Assembly (NCBI GenBank): GCA_964631685.1
Contig: CAZVZU010000004.1
Location: 33,249 to 97,248, forward strand
Reading direction: 5' to 3'
DNA: 64,000 nt
Origin: an uncultured Actinomycetes bacterium
GTDB taxonomy: Bacteria > SZUA-79 > Acidulodesulfobacterales > Acidulodesulfobacteraceae
Below are positions 21,883 to 32,431 of this stretch, in pieces; within the stretch, counting starts at the first letter, position 1, and every line of letters starts with the position of its first letter. The position numbers and the translations under genes were made by a program. The notes under the pieces are model-generated. The model did no database searches, was not told the origin of the DNA, and saw nothing but the letters and a program-made list of their open reading frames with translations.

Positions 21883-22919
21883 TCAGCCCCAAATATTCTA
21901 TAGAGCGATATACTGTCGTTGTTGGTATCAGCGACCGCTAAATACTTACCGTTTTTGGATATAGAAATATTTGATTCATGGTTGAAATTTTTATTACCTA
22001 TCCCGGGCATACCGAAATTGTAAGTTTTTACAACATTATAACCATTACTGAGTTTAAAAACCGTCAAGATGCTTCTTCCGTAATTTGCGACATAAAGATA
22101 CCCATTTTTATATACTATGCCGACTGGGTGGAAAAGCTTATAACCATTATCCCCAGGAACACCAATAGAACCTATATAATTAAACTGTCTATTAAAAACA
22201 AAAATGCGAGACAGACCGTAATCCGACACATATATATATTTACCAGAAAAAGCCATGCTTACAGGTTTTTTAAACATCGCTGCACCGGAACTTACATTGC
22301 CCTTCCCGTTATTCTGATTTTTGCCCGCAGGATTGCTATTGTTGTTTAATTTCGGACCTTCCTTTTCGTAAAATTGACCATCCTTAAAATAAATTTGTAT
22401 ATTATCGGCCCCTGAATTGGCAATATAAAATTTACCGTACGCAAAACCTAAAAACGTGGGCTCCGTCAGCAACCTTTTAGGGTTAGATGTTTTTCCAAAT
22501 TCTGAAACAAAGCTTCCATCCGGTTTAAAGACCTGAATTCTTTCATTTCCTGAATCAACTATAAATATCCTTTCGGGATCCCCATAAGCGGCGCCATATA
22601 GTGGAACCATAAACTCCCCAGTCGCCTTGCCTTCAATACCCCACTGACGCAAATACTTACCGTTTATATCAAATTTAATTATCCTGGAATTACCGGAATC
22701 AACAACATATATATTATTTTTTACTCCAAAGAAAACATCCGCCGGACCCTTGAGATTAGAATTTATCCCTATGATGCGAATCAATTTGATGGAATAAGGC
22801 ACTTTTCCGAAAGAGGGTTTAAATCTTTTTAGAAACAGTAATGCTACAAGCACCGTAATTATTATTATACTTAATAGAAAAAAAACCTTATTTAGTTTTT
22901 CCTTGGATGATAAGGCCAT
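21879..22919 (-). CDS. Membrane-anchored NHL-repeat beta-propeller protein
   Basis: N-terminal TM helix; repeated IYVVDSGNSRI / IFIVDSGNERIQVF / IYVSDYGLSRIFVF units. Confidence 0.88.
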   Translation of the reverse strand: MALSSKEKLNKVFFLLSIIIITVLVALLFLKRFKPSFGKVPYSIKLIRIIGINSNLKGPADVFFGVKNNIYVVDSGNSRIIKFDINGKYLRQWGIEGKATGEFMVPLYGAAYGDPERIFIVDSGNERIQVFKPDGSFVSEFGKTSNPKRLLTEPTFLGFAYGKFYIANSGADNIQIYFKDGQFYEKEGPKLNNNSNPAGKNQNNGKGNVSSGAAMFKKPVSMAFSGKYIYVSDYGLSRIFVFNRQFNYIGSIGVPGDNGYKLFHPVGIVYKNGYLYVANYGRSILTVFKLSNGYNVVKTYNFGMPGIGNKNFNHESNISISKNGKYLAVADTNNDSISLYRIFGAD

Positions 22920-22972
22920 GCGAACGCCTCCAGAATAATTATTGTTTAGTATTAATCAATTTACTATATCTC

Positions 22973-23479
22973 TTACATTGTTATGTGAACAGCCACATAG
23001 TTTGAAAACCTAGATTTAACTCCGAAATTGTCCTCGCTACGAACGCAAAAAATATAATAACCGCTTTTCCAATTTTTTTTATTTACATTATTAAAAAACT
23101 TATTATATTGCAAGCTAAATTTTTTTCTAAAGAGCAAATCTTGAAATGCAACAGGCCTTGATGAGTCACAAGAAAATTTTACGTTCTCCTTATTTTTATA
23201 CCATTTTTCATAAATAAAAAATCCCCTTATTCCGCTTAAAGTATGATTATACTCGTAAATAATGCCGATATTACCCTTTACCCTTGTTATCGATAAAATT
23301 TTGGGAGCGGGAGGCAGTGCTGTAATCGGAGTGGTAGGATAGGCAGTTTTCGCACATCCAGACAAAAAAAGGACTGGTAAAACTGTGGCAAAAATTAAAA
23401 TAAACAATGCGAAAAGTGAATTTTCCTTGCTATTTAAGTCTATCCAATGATTTCCTATTTCTTTTAATTTCTTCTTCAT
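22973..23479 (-). CDS. Putative lipoprotein with a fibronectin-III-like domain
   Basis: Hydrophobic stretch with lipobox LSGC, Pro-rich tether, C-terminal YIFCVRSEDNFGVKSRFSN; start uncertain (overlaps argH end). Confidence 0.7.
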   Translation of the reverse strand: MKKKLKEIGNHWIDLNSKENSLFALFILIFATVLPVLFLSGCAKTAYPTTPITALPPAPKILSITRVKGNIGIIYEYNHTLSGIRGFFIYEKWYKNKENVKFSCDSSRPVAFQDLLFRKKFSLQYNKFFNNVNKKNWKSGYYIFCVRSEDNFGVKSRFSNYVAVHITM

Positions 23480-24854
23480 AATCGTTTATAACGGCTTTGA
23501 TCCTATTCGGAGCGGTTCCGCCGTAAGATTTCTTTAAATTTATCGACGTCAAGGGATTAAACAGATCAAATATATCATCCTCAATTAGATCGCATATATC
23601 CTTATATTCCTTAATAGAGAGTTTTGATAGCTTCCTTTTATTTTCTTCTGCATAATTCACGATATTTCCGACTATTTCGTGGGATTTTCTGAATGGAACA
23701 TGCTTTTTAACTAAATATGTCGCAATATCCGTCGCATAAATAGAGTCGTCTTCTAATTTTGCGGACATATTTTTTGTATTAAACTTGACTGTTTTTATAA
23801 TCTCCCTAAAAATTACAAGTGAGTCGTAAACAGTATCCGCACTCTCCATGACAGGTTTTTTATCCTCCTGCATATCTCTGTTATAGGCTAACGGCAAGGA
23901 TTTCATCATTATAAACAAAGACATGAGATTCGATACTACGCCCCCCGTTTTTCCCCTTATAAGCTCCAAAACATCTGGATTTTTTTTCTGTGGCATAATA
24001 CTTGAGCCGGTCGTAAATTCATCTTTTAACTCCACAAATCCAAATTCTTCACTATTCCACATTATTAATTCTTCGCAAAACCTTGAAAGATGCATGGCAA
24101 TAATACCTAATGCAAAATTAAACTCAAGCGCAAAATCCCTATCCGAAACACTATCCATGCTATTTCTAGATATTCTTGCGAATCCAAGTATTTTTGCCTC
24201 CAACTCTCTATCTATATCAAAATCCACACCGGCTAAGGCACCGCTTCCGAGTGTGAGAACATCAACCGAATCGTAACAGTTTATCAACCTTCCGAAATCC
24301 CTAGTGAACATTTCGTAATAAGCCAAAATATGGTGCGCCAATGAAACAGGCTGGGCATGTTGAAGATGTGTATATCCGGAAAAAATGGTATCTATCTGAC
24401 ATTTGGCAATATCAATAAGTTCCATCCTTAAATCTATCAATATGTCTGCAACTTTTTTTATTTCATTCTTTACGTACAGCCTAAAATCAACAGAAACCTG
24501 ATCATTTCTCGACCTTGCAGTATGAATCTTGGCCCCGGAGACGGGGGCGAGCATGGTCAACCTTTTTTCTATGTTCATATGGATATCTTCATATCTCTTG
24601 TCGTATTCAAAGACGCCGCTCTTAATATCGGACTGTATACTCTTTAAAGATTTTTCTATCTCCTGTTTTTCTTTCTCATTGACAACACCCGCCTTCCTTA
24701 ACGCGCAGATGTGGGCTATGCTCCCCGCAATATCAAAATCGGCAAGCCTCTTATCTATGTCTATAGAGGAGGTAAAATCCGCCGTGATCTCCGAAATATC
24801 GTCTTTAAAACGTCCCCTGACAAAATTACCGTCCGCTTTTGGTTTTTCTTTCAT
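23430..24854 (-). CDS. argH: Argininosuccinate lyase
   Basis: HTARSRNDQ, GYTHLQHAQP and GSSIMPQKKNPD motifs. Confidence 0.98.
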   Translation of the reverse strand: MKEKPKADGNFVRGRFKDDISEITADFTSSIDIDKRLADFDIAGSIAHICALRKAGVVNEKEKQEIEKSLKSIQSDIKSGVFEYDKRYEDIHMNIEKRLTMLAPVSGAKIHTARSRNDQVSVDFRLYVKNEIKKVADILIDLRMELIDIAKCQIDTIFSGYTHLQHAQPVSLAHHILAYYEMFTRDFGRLINCYDSVDVLTLGSGALAGVDFDIDRELEAKILGFARISRNSMDSVSDRDFALEFNFALGIIAMHLSRFCEELIMWNSEEFGFVELKDEFTTGSSIMPQKKNPDVLELIRGKTGGVVSNLMSLFIMMKSLPLAYNRDMQEDKKPVMESADTVYDSLVIFREIIKTVKFNTKNMSAKLEDDSIYATDIATYLVKKHVPFRKSHEIVGNIVNYAEENKRKLSKLSIKEYKDICDLIEDDIFDLFNPLTSINLKKSYGGTAPNRIKAVINDYEEEIKRNRKSLDRLK

Positions 24855-24855
24855 T

Positions 24856-26070
24856 TTAAAACTTTAATCCGAGTTTATATCGTAACGACTTTAGGTGGAT
24901 AAACCCTGTTGCATCATCTTGGGAATAAGCCCCTTTGTCATCTTCGAATGTAACTAAATTTTTTGAATAAAGACTTTTGTCAGATTTTCTATATAAAACC
25001 TTCATGTTTCCTTTGTACAATTCTATGCCGATATGCCCAACAACAGAATTTTGCGTAGAATCAATCAAAGACTGAATAGCCTTGAATTCAGGACTAAACC
25101 AACTGCCCTCGTATATCAGATGTGAATACTTCGGAATAAGACTGTCCTTGAGTTCTATCTCCTCACCTGTTAGGGTAATGGACTCTAGAAGTCTATGGGT
25201 AAAACTTAAAACCGTTCCGGCGGGAGTTTCATAAACACCCCTTGATTTCATCCCTGTAATCCGCGTTTCCACTATATCAGCTCTCCCTATAGAGTTCCTG
25301 CCTGCAATTATGTTAATTTGCTCTACAATACCGGCGGGGGTCATATTTTTTCCGTTTAAAGAAACTGGATTGCCATTCTCATAAGCAATATCAATTACTT
25401 CCGGCTTATCGGGAGCATCCTGCGGAGAAACAGTTATTTCAAACATGGACTCATCAGGGGTATTTCCTAAATCCTCCAAAATACCACCCTCATAACTTAT
25501 ATGAAAGAGATTTCTATCGCTTGAATAAGGCTTTTCTTTAGTAACGGGCACAGCGATGCCGTTATCTTCCGCATACTTAATCAGTTCTGCGCGAGACGAT
25601 ATTCGCCATGTTCTCCATGGAGCAATAACATCTATGTCGGGATCTACCGCGCTATAGGCAAGCTCAAATCTAACCTGATCATTTCCTTTGCCCGTAGCCC
25701 CATGTGCCACAAAATTTGCATTCTTTTCAATAGCCACTTCTATCTGTCTTTTTGCTATCAATGGTCTTGCGATAGCCGTCCCCAATAAGTACTCTCCTTC
25801 ATAAAGAGCGTTACCCCTTAACGCCGGAAAAATATATCCTTCTGCAAATTCCTCCCTTGCATCCTCCACTATCGCCTCGATTGCACCTGTCTTTAGGGCC
25901 TTTTCTCTCACGAAGTCTAAATCTTCTTTTTGACCAACATCGCAACAATAAGCGATTACATCGGCTTTATATGTATTAATAAGCCATTTTAATATCACAG
26001 ACGTATCAAGTCCGCCGGAATACGCCAAAACAATCTTATTTTTCCTACCTGCTTGTGCAGTCATAATCAA
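24856..26070 (-). CDS. argG: Argininosuccinate synthase
   Basis: AYSGGLDTS, HGATGKGNDQVRFE and KSRGVYETP motifs. Confidence 0.98.
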   Translation of the reverse strand: MIMTAQAGRKNKIVLAYSGGLDTSVILKWLINTYKADVIAYCCDVGQKEDLDFVREKALKTGAIEAIVEDAREEFAEGYIFPALRGNALYEGEYLLGTAIARPLIAKRQIEVAIEKNANFVAHGATGKGNDQVRFELAYSAVDPDIDVIAPWRTWRISSRAELIKYAEDNGIAVPVTKEKPYSSDRNLFHISYEGGILEDLGNTPDESMFEITVSPQDAPDKPEVIDIAYENGNPVSLNGKNMTPAGIVEQINIIAGRNSIGRADIVETRITGMKSRGVYETPAGTVLSFTHRLLESITLTGEEIELKDSLIPKYSHLIYEGSWFSPEFKAIQSLIDSTQNSVVGHIGIELYKGNMKVLYRKSDKSLYSKNLVTFEDDKGAYSQDDATGFIHLKSLRYKLGLKF

Positions 26071-26098
26071 TAATTTCTCCTATCATCAAATATTGAAA

Positions 26099-27055
26099 TT
26101 AATTAAAAAACATTTCCATTATTGCCTTCTGCATATAGAGCCGGTTTTCCGCCTCCATAAAGACATCTGATGAAAATCTTTCAAACACGGACTCAGAAAC
26201 CTCTTCATTTCTGTGAACGGGCAGACAATGGAGAAATATCACATCGTCCTTAGCACTGTCGATCACATCATCGTTAATCATAAATGGTTTAAGCTTATTC
26301 GCTTTCTCTTTATTGTCCTCTTGTCCCATACTGACAAAAACATCGGTAGCGATAACATCAGAATTGCTTGCGGCAGCAATTTTATCATGAGAAATAACAA
26401 AAATTCCGCCTTTTTTTTTGGAATCGCTTAAAACCTTATCGTCAATATCAAACCCCTCCGGAGCGGCTATGACAAGCTCAAAACCAAGCAAAGCCTGCAG
26501 GCTAATCCACGAATTTGCTATGTTATTGATATCGCCAAAATAGGATATTTTAAGATTTTTGACTACATCGCGGGCATAACTACTGTTAAAAGCCTTAGGC
26601 CCATCTCCTGCCTTAATCTCGTAAGCGGTAAATATATCCGCCAGTATCTGGGCCGGATGGTACAAATCGGTAAGACCGTTGATTACCGGCTTACCAAAAT
26701 ATTTAGCAAATTCCTCAATTCTATCCTGTCCAAAGGTTCTTATGATTACGCCGTCTATATATCTCGACAAAACCCGCGCCGTGTCCTTTATCGGTTCCCC
26801 CCTGCCTAACTGAAGATCTCGAGAGGACATAAAAATTGGATAGCCGCCTAATTCAACCACACCTACCTCAAAAGAGACCCTTGTCCTAGTGGATGATTTT
26901 TCAAATATAAGCCCTATCTTTTTCCTTGATAAACATTTATTGTCGTCCCTCGAGGAAAGATTACCGCCCTTTAAAAAAATGGAGCGTTCAAAAAGATCAT
27001 ATATATCATCTTCTTTCAAATCATATACTGATAAAAAACTTCTGCAAGTCTTCAT
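26099..27055 (-). CDS. argF: Ornithine carbamoyltransferase
   Basis: SSTRTR, HPAQ, SMG, FLHCLP and AENR motifs. Confidence 0.97.
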   Translation of the reverse strand: MKTCRSFLSVYDLKEDDIYDLFERSIFLKGGNLSSRDDNKCLSRKKIGLIFEKSSTRTRVSFEVGVVELGGYPIFMSSRDLQLGRGEPIKDTARVLSRYIDGVIIRTFGQDRIEEFAKYFGKPVINGLTDLYHPAQILADIFTAYEIKAGDGPKAFNSSYARDVVKNLKISYFGDINNIANSWISLQALLGFELVIAAPEGFDIDDKVLSDSKKKGGIFVISHDKIAAASNSDVIATDVFVSMGQEDNKEKANKLKPFMINDDVIDSAKDDVIFLHCLPVHRNEEVSESVFERFSSDVFMEAENRLYMQKAIMEMFFN

Positions 27056-28269
27056 AGTTTTATTCTATCATTTTTTAGAATTAAAGAAATTGATTTTATA
27101 ATGGAATCTATCTCACTTTTTGAGATAATTAACGGCGGCGTAAGCCTAATAACCTTATCTTGAACGGTCGTAGTCAAAAAACCGTTCTCTATAAGTTTAA
27201 CCGCAATATCTTTTGCCCTCAAATCATAAAACTCTATCGCACTAATGAGACCTATAGTCCTCACATCCTTGATTAATTTTGGAAATCTTTCTTTTAGTCC
27301 GCGTAATTTTGTGGCAATATATCGCCCCTTCTCCAAAACATCATCCAGAAATCCATTTTTAACAATTTCGTCAAAAAAAGCGTTGGATGCCGATAAAACA
27401 AGGGGACCACCTCCAAAAGTAGACGCATGACTGCCGGGCTCAAAAGCCCTTGCAACCGATTCTTTGGCTAACACCGCACCTATAGGAAGACCACCAGCCA
27501 ATGGCTTGGCGAGGGTCATGATGTCCGGTTCTATATCAAAATTCATGTAAGCAAAAAGTTTTCCGGTTCTTCCAAGCCCTACCTGGACTTCATCTAAAAT
27601 TAAAAGAATATTGTTTTCAAGAGTAAGTTCTCTTAATTGCTTTATATAGTTTTTATCAGCTATATTGACCCCGCCTTCTCCCTGGATAGGCTCTACTAAA
27701 ACGGCGCAATATTGCCCACTTGCAAGCAAACTTTCAATGTCTTTTATATCATTAAATTTAGCATAGGCAAAACCGTCAAGAAGCGGCTCGAATCCGTCGT
27801 GATATCTTTTCTGCCCCGTTGCCGAAAGGGCGCCGAAAGTCCTTCCGTGGAAAGAATTTCGCATGGTTATTATATTATGTCCTTTCTTCGAAAATTTCTT
27901 GGAAAACATTCTTGCAAGTTTAATTGCGCCCTCGATACTTTCTGTCCCACTGTTACAGAAAAAAACCTTATCCGCAAATGAATGCCTGCAAAGTTTTTCT
28001 GCAAGTACCGCCTGCGGTTCTGTGTAAAAATAGTTGGACACATGAATTAGCTTTCCAAGTTGCGTTGTTATAGCGGAATTAACGGCTTTGTTGTTATATC
28101 CAAGGTTATTTACCGCTATTCCTGATGCAAAATCAATATAGCTTTTACCATTTTCGTCAGTAAGGGTTACCCCGTCACCCTTCACCAAGACCAAATCAAA
28201 CCTGCCGTACGTATTCATGACATATTGATTCGTAAGTTCTTTTATGCCTACTTTCATATTTATTTCCAA
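27052..28269 (-). CDS. argD: Acetylornithine aminotransferase
   Basis: FHGRT, EPIQGEGG, DEVQVGLGRTG and TLAKPLAGG motifs; arg cluster context. Confidence 0.96.
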   Translation of the reverse strand: MEINMKVGIKELTNQYVMNTYGRFDLVLVKGDGVTLTDENGKSYIDFASGIAVNNLGYNNKAVNSAITTQLGKLIHVSNYFYTEPQAVLAEKLCRHSFADKVFFCNSGTESIEGAIKLARMFSKKFSKKGHNIITMRNSFHGRTFGALSATGQKRYHDGFEPLLDGFAYAKFNDIKDIESLLASGQYCAVLVEPIQGEGGVNIADKNYIKQLRELTLENNILLILDEVQVGLGRTGKLFAYMNFDIEPDIMTLAKPLAGGLPIGAVLAKESVARAFEPGSHASTFGGGPLVLSASNAFFDEIVKNGFLDDVLEKGRYIATKLRGLKERFPKLIKDVRTIGLISAIEFYDLRAKDIAVKLIENGFLTTTVQDKVIRLTPPLIISKSEIDSIIKSISLILKNDRIKL

Positions 28270-28272
28270 TAA

Positions 28273-29121
28273 TTAATGTGTTATCTGCGTTCCTATGCCT
28301 TTTTGCGTAAATATTTCTAATAAAACGGCATGAGGAATATTTCCGTTGATTATATGGATCTTCTTGACGCCGGAATTTAGAGCGCTTATGCAAGAATTTG
28401 CTTTAGGTATCATACCGCCACGTATGACGTCATCCCTTATCATTTTCTCAATTTCCTTTTCCTTTGCCGATGATATTAATCTATTTCCTGAATCTAAAAG
28501 ACCATCTTGGTCGGATAAAATGATAAACTTTTCTGCTGCAAGTTCTGCCGCGATAGCCGATGCCGCTAAATCAGCATTAATATTAAGGGTATTTCCCTCC
28601 TCATCCATACTGACAGGGGCGATTACTGGAATAAAAGTCGCATCAAGCGCCAATAAGACCTCTTTATTAATCCTTCGCACAATTCCCACGTTTCCAAGGT
28701 CAACGTTTCCCTTTTTCGTTTTTTCGGCAACAATAAGATTGCCGTCTTTGCCCGATAAGCCGCAAGCCTTCCCGCCAAACTTATTGATTAGAGCGACAAG
28801 ATCTTTATTAACCTTACCCGATAAGACCATTTCTACAGCTTCCATTGTGACCTTATCGGTTAGGCGATAACCTTCATGAAAATCAATTTTTATGCCGAGT
28901 TTTCTTAAAAGATTGTCAATGTCCTTACCGCCGCCATGAACTATTACTATGTTAATGCCAATAAGTTTTAACAGTATAATGTCCTTAATAAAACCCTCTT
29001 TTAAGTCATTATTTGAAGCAATGGAACCGCCAAATTTAATCACGAATGTTTTTGAAGCAAATTGCTGGATATATGGCAATGCTTCAAGTAAAATCCCTGC
29101 TTTCTTAATATATTCTTCCAT
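28273..29121 (-). CDS. argB: Acetylglutamate kinase
   Basis: VIKFGGS, VHGGG, NINAD and GGMIPK motifs. Confidence 0.97.
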   Translation of the reverse strand: MEEYIKKAGILLEALPYIQQFASKTFVIKFGGSIASNNDLKEGFIKDIILLKLIGINIVIVHGGGKDIDNLLRKLGIKIDFHEGYRLTDKVTMEAVEMVLSGKVNKDLVALINKFGGKACGLSGKDGNLIVAEKTKKGNVDLGNVGIVRRINKEVLLALDATFIPVIAPVSMDEEGNTLNINADLAASAIAAELAAEKFIILSDQDGLLDSGNRLISSAKEKEIEKMIRDDVIRGGMIPKANSCISALNSGVKKIHIINGNIPHAVLLEIFTQKGIGTQITH

Positions 29122-29164
29122 ATAAAATAATCCCTGCCCATCATTTCCGCTATTTATTTTGCGC

Positions 29165-30538
29165 TTACAGTATATATCTCGAAAGATCCTCGTCTTTAAC
29201 TATATCTACCAATTTATCATCAACATAAACCTTATCCACGACAATTTTTTTGGATGTCCTAAAGGGAGCGTCGAAAGATACACTCTCCATAACCTTTTCC
29301 AACATCGTATGAAGCCGTCTCGCACCGATATTTTCCGTTTTAAGATTAACCTCCTCGGCAATCTCAGCGATCCTTTCTATCCCGTCTTCCGTAAAGTTAA
29401 GCGTCACGTTCTCGGTTTTAAGGAGGGCAATGTACTGCTTTATCAAAGCGCCCTTGGGTTTCGTTAATATTTTAACAAAATCGCCCTTGGACAGCGAATC
29501 CATTTCGACCCTTATCGGGAACCTACCTTGCAACTCCGGAATTAAATCGGAAGGCTTGGAGACATGAAATGCCCCTGCAGCAATAAATAAGATGTGATCC
29601 GTTCTGACAGCGCCATATTTCGTCATAACATTTGAACCTTCAATTATAGGAAGTAAATCCCTTTGAACGCCTTCCCGTGACACATCCGGACCATAAGCTT
29701 TTTCTCTTGAAGCAATTTTATCGATTTCATCGATAAATACCAATCCTGAATTTTCTACCTTTTGAATTGCGTTCTTTATAACCTTATCGACATCCACGAG
29801 CCTTTCACTTTCTTCCCTGACCAAAATATCATACGCCTCGGAAACCCTTATTTTTTCCAATTTTTTTTGTTTAGGAAACATATTAGAAAACATATCTTTA
29901 AAATCTTGCCCCATATCATCCATTCCCGATTGTGAAAATATCTCAATCACGGGAGCGGGCGGTCTGCTTGAGGATTTAACCTCCATCTCCACGAATCTAT
30001 CGTCCAATTTGCCGTCCCTGAGCATGGTCCTGAATTTTTCTCTAGTATTTGCATAACTACTTTTCCCGCTTGCCCCGCTGTTTGTGCTACTTTTTTTGGG
30101 CACCCTCGGGGGGGGTGGAACCAATAAATCCAAGAGCAGTTCTTCGGCATTTTGTTTTGCTTTTTCGATAACCTGCTCGGTCTCCTTAATTTTTTCACTT
30201 ATGTATGCCGTTTCCACAATATCCCTTATCATAGATTCGACATCCCTTCCCATGTAGCCTACCTCTGTAAATTTTGACGCTTCAACCTTTACAAATGGAG
30301 AATCGGATAATTTTGCGATACGCCTAGCTATCTCAGTTTTACCAACCCCCGTCGGTCCGATTAAAAGAATATTCTTAGGAACAATATCATCCCTTATTTC
30401 CGCCGACACGCTATTTCTCCTAAAACGTGTCCTTAGCGCTATAGCCACCGATTTTTTGGCCCTATCCTGTCCTATAACATATTTCTCAAGCTCTTTTACG
30501 ATTGCCTTAGGTGTTAAAAAATTGATTTTCTTTGCCAT
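29165..30538 (-). CDS. hslU: ATP-dependent protease ATPase subunit HslU
   Basis: [30 protein letters not shown]-terminal DLSRYIL. Confidence 0.98.
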   Translation of the reverse strand: MAKKINFLTPKAIVKELEKYVIGQDRAKKSVAIALRTRFRRNSVSAEIRDDIVPKNILLIGPTGVGKTEIARRIAKLSDSPFVKVEASKFTEVGYMGRDVESMIRDIVETAYISEKIKETEQVIEKAKQNAEELLLDLLVPPPPRVPKKSSTNSGASGKSSYANTREKFRTMLRDGKLDDRFVEMEVKSSSRPPAPVIEIFSQSGMDDMGQDFKDMFSNMFPKQKKLEKIRVSEAYDILVREESERLVDVDKVIKNAIQKVENSGLVFIDEIDKIASREKAYGPDVSREGVQRDLLPIIEGSNVMTKYGAVRTDHILFIAAGAFHVSKPSDLIPELQGRFPIRVEMDSLSKGDFVKILTKPKGALIKQYIALLKTENVTLNFTEDGIERIAEIAEEVNLKTENIGARRLHTMLEKVMESVSFDAPFRTSKKIVVDKVYVDDKLVDIVKDEDLSRYIL

Positions 30539-30544
30539 GCTATT

Positions 30545-31102
30545 TTATATCTCCTCTAAAATAATGTTATCATTTGTATAAATACAGATTCGGGAAGCAG
30601 TTTGCATTGCATATTCGGCAATTTCTTTAGCACTTAAATCGGTCTTTGCTATTAAGCCTAATGCGCATGCTAGCGCATAAGGAGCGCCGGAACCGATAGA
30701 TAAAATATCCTCGTCGGGCTCTATGACATCGCCAGCTCCCGATATTATAAAGGAATCTGTTTTATCGACCACAATCATCATTGCCTCCAATCGCCTAAGC
30801 ATTTTGTCTGTTCTCCAATCTTTTGCAAGTTCGACGCTTGCCCTTTTAACGCTTCCGTTATATTTTGAAAGTTTTTCCTCCATTCTTTCAAAAAGCGTAA
30901 ACGCATCCGCCGTTGCGCCTGCAAATCCGGCAATAACTTTATCATTAAACAGTCGCCTTACCTTCCTTGCCTTGTGTTTCATTATGGTATTTCCAAGCGT
31001 AACCTGCCCATCTCCGGCCAAAACAACATGACCATTGCGCCTAACCCCTATTATAGTAGTCCCGATAAGTTTTATCGTCTCATTCTCCCTAATGCCATCC
31101 AT
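30545..31102 (-). CDS. hslV: ATP-dependent protease subunit HslV
   Basis: Short propeptide then [18 protein letters not shown] and IGSG motifs. Confidence 0.98.
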   Translation of the reverse strand: MDGIRENETIKLIGTTIIGVRRNGHVVLAGDGQVTLGNTIMKHKARKVRRLFNDKVIAGFAGATADAFTLFERMEEKLSKYNGSVKRASVELAKDWRTDKMLRRLEAMMIVVDKTDSFIISGAGDVIEPDEDILSIGSGAPYALACALGLIAKTDLSAKEIAEYAMQTASRICIYTNDNIILEEI

Positions 31103-31222
31103 TAATTTATTGCTCCTTTTTAAATTTAAGTTCGATTATAACCGCATAATCCGAAAACAGATTCAGCATTCCGGAGATACGCGATAATTTATAATAATAT
31201 TAATAACCGAAAAAGAATAAGA

Positions 31223-32206
31223 CTATTTTTGCCCTGAAAGCGGATGAGACTTATTGTAAACGTCTAAAAGCTTTTTAATGCTTAAATGTGTATATTTTTC
31301 AGTTGTCGATAAGCTTGAATGCCCCAGCATATCCTGTATAGATCGTAAATCGGCACCATTATCCAAGAGATTTGTGGCGAAAGAATGTCTTAAGCTATGA
31401 GGTGATATATTCTTAAACTGACCCGTGATTATCATAGACTCTTTCACTACCCTATGAACAGTCCTTCTCGTAAGATGAGAACCTTTTTTATTGATAATTA
31501 GATACCCTTCTTTAGGGGTTGTGTTAATTAAAGATAAATAATTTAACCATTTCTTGATCTTTTCAACCGTTATTTGAGTAAGCGGAACAATCCTTTGTTT
31601 AGATCCCTTCCCTAAAATTCTAACATAGCCACCGTTTAATTCTAAATCGTTTTTTCTCACGGCAACTAGCTCGCTAACCCTTAGTCCACTCCCATATAAA
31701 AATTCCAAAATCAGGTCGTTCCTATATATTGCAAAATATCTGCCGCCATTTGCCGTATGTCCTAGCTGTCCGGTCCCAACCCCTTTTGAAAGGATGTTGA
31801 TCGAGCTTAACTTATGTTTTTTTAAGGCAGAACCAAAATAATTATTTAGCAAAAAATCAGCTTCCTTAGATGTTAAGAAAAAAGGTAATTTTTTTTCGAC
31901 TTTCGGAAGCTCCAATAAGAAAGTTGGGTTATTAAGGATTAGATGCTGCTTCTCTAGAAAGTTGAAAAATGATCTTATCGATTCAATTTTTCTTGCCAAG
32001 CTGGTTTTTTTTACTGTCTCATAAATACTGCTTAAATAACCCCTTATCTCGAACTCTGTTATTTTGTCAGGACGGTCCGGATGCCCGCTTTTTTTTAGAT
32101 AGCGCAACAACCCTTTAACATCCGCAATATAAGCCAAAACCGTATTTGGAGAACAATTTTTCTCGAACTTAAGGTTAGTAGCAAATTCTTTTAAAAAATG
32201 TTCCAT
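31223..32206 (-). CDS. xerC: Tyrosine recombinase XerC
   Basis: GLRVSEL, GKGSKQR, HSLRHSFAT, LGH and YTH motifs; xerC-hslV-hslU synteny. Confidence 0.9.
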   Translation of the reverse strand: MEHFLKEFATNLKFEKNCSPNTVLAYIADVKGLLRYLKKSGHPDRPDKITEFEIRGYLSSIYETVKKTSLARKIESIRSFFNFLEKQHLILNNPTFLLELPKVEKKLPFFLTSKEADFLLNNYFGSALKKHKLSSINILSKGVGTGQLGHTANGGRYFAIYRNDLILEFLYGSGLRVSELVAVRKNDLELNGGYVRILGKGSKQRIVPLTQITVEKIKKWLNYLSLINTTPKEGYLIINKKGSHLTRRTVHRVVKESMIITGQFKNISPHSLRHSFATNLLDNGADLRSIQDMLGHSSLSTTEKYTHLSIKKLLDVYNKSHPLSGQK

Positions 32207-32431
32207 TTAACCATTCGTATTTAGTCTCAACTATTAAAAACTATATAGCCCAGATTTCACATTGTATCACAAATAAAAATATAAATTAAACATAATTTTA
32301 ATCAGTAGCTATTTTTCTACTTATCGACATTTTATCACATTTTCTTGATTTACTTTTTTATCCATAGTAGAATGAGAATGCATATGTAGGGCTTATTAAT
32401 ATTCACCGTTACAAGGAGGATTTTAAATTTT

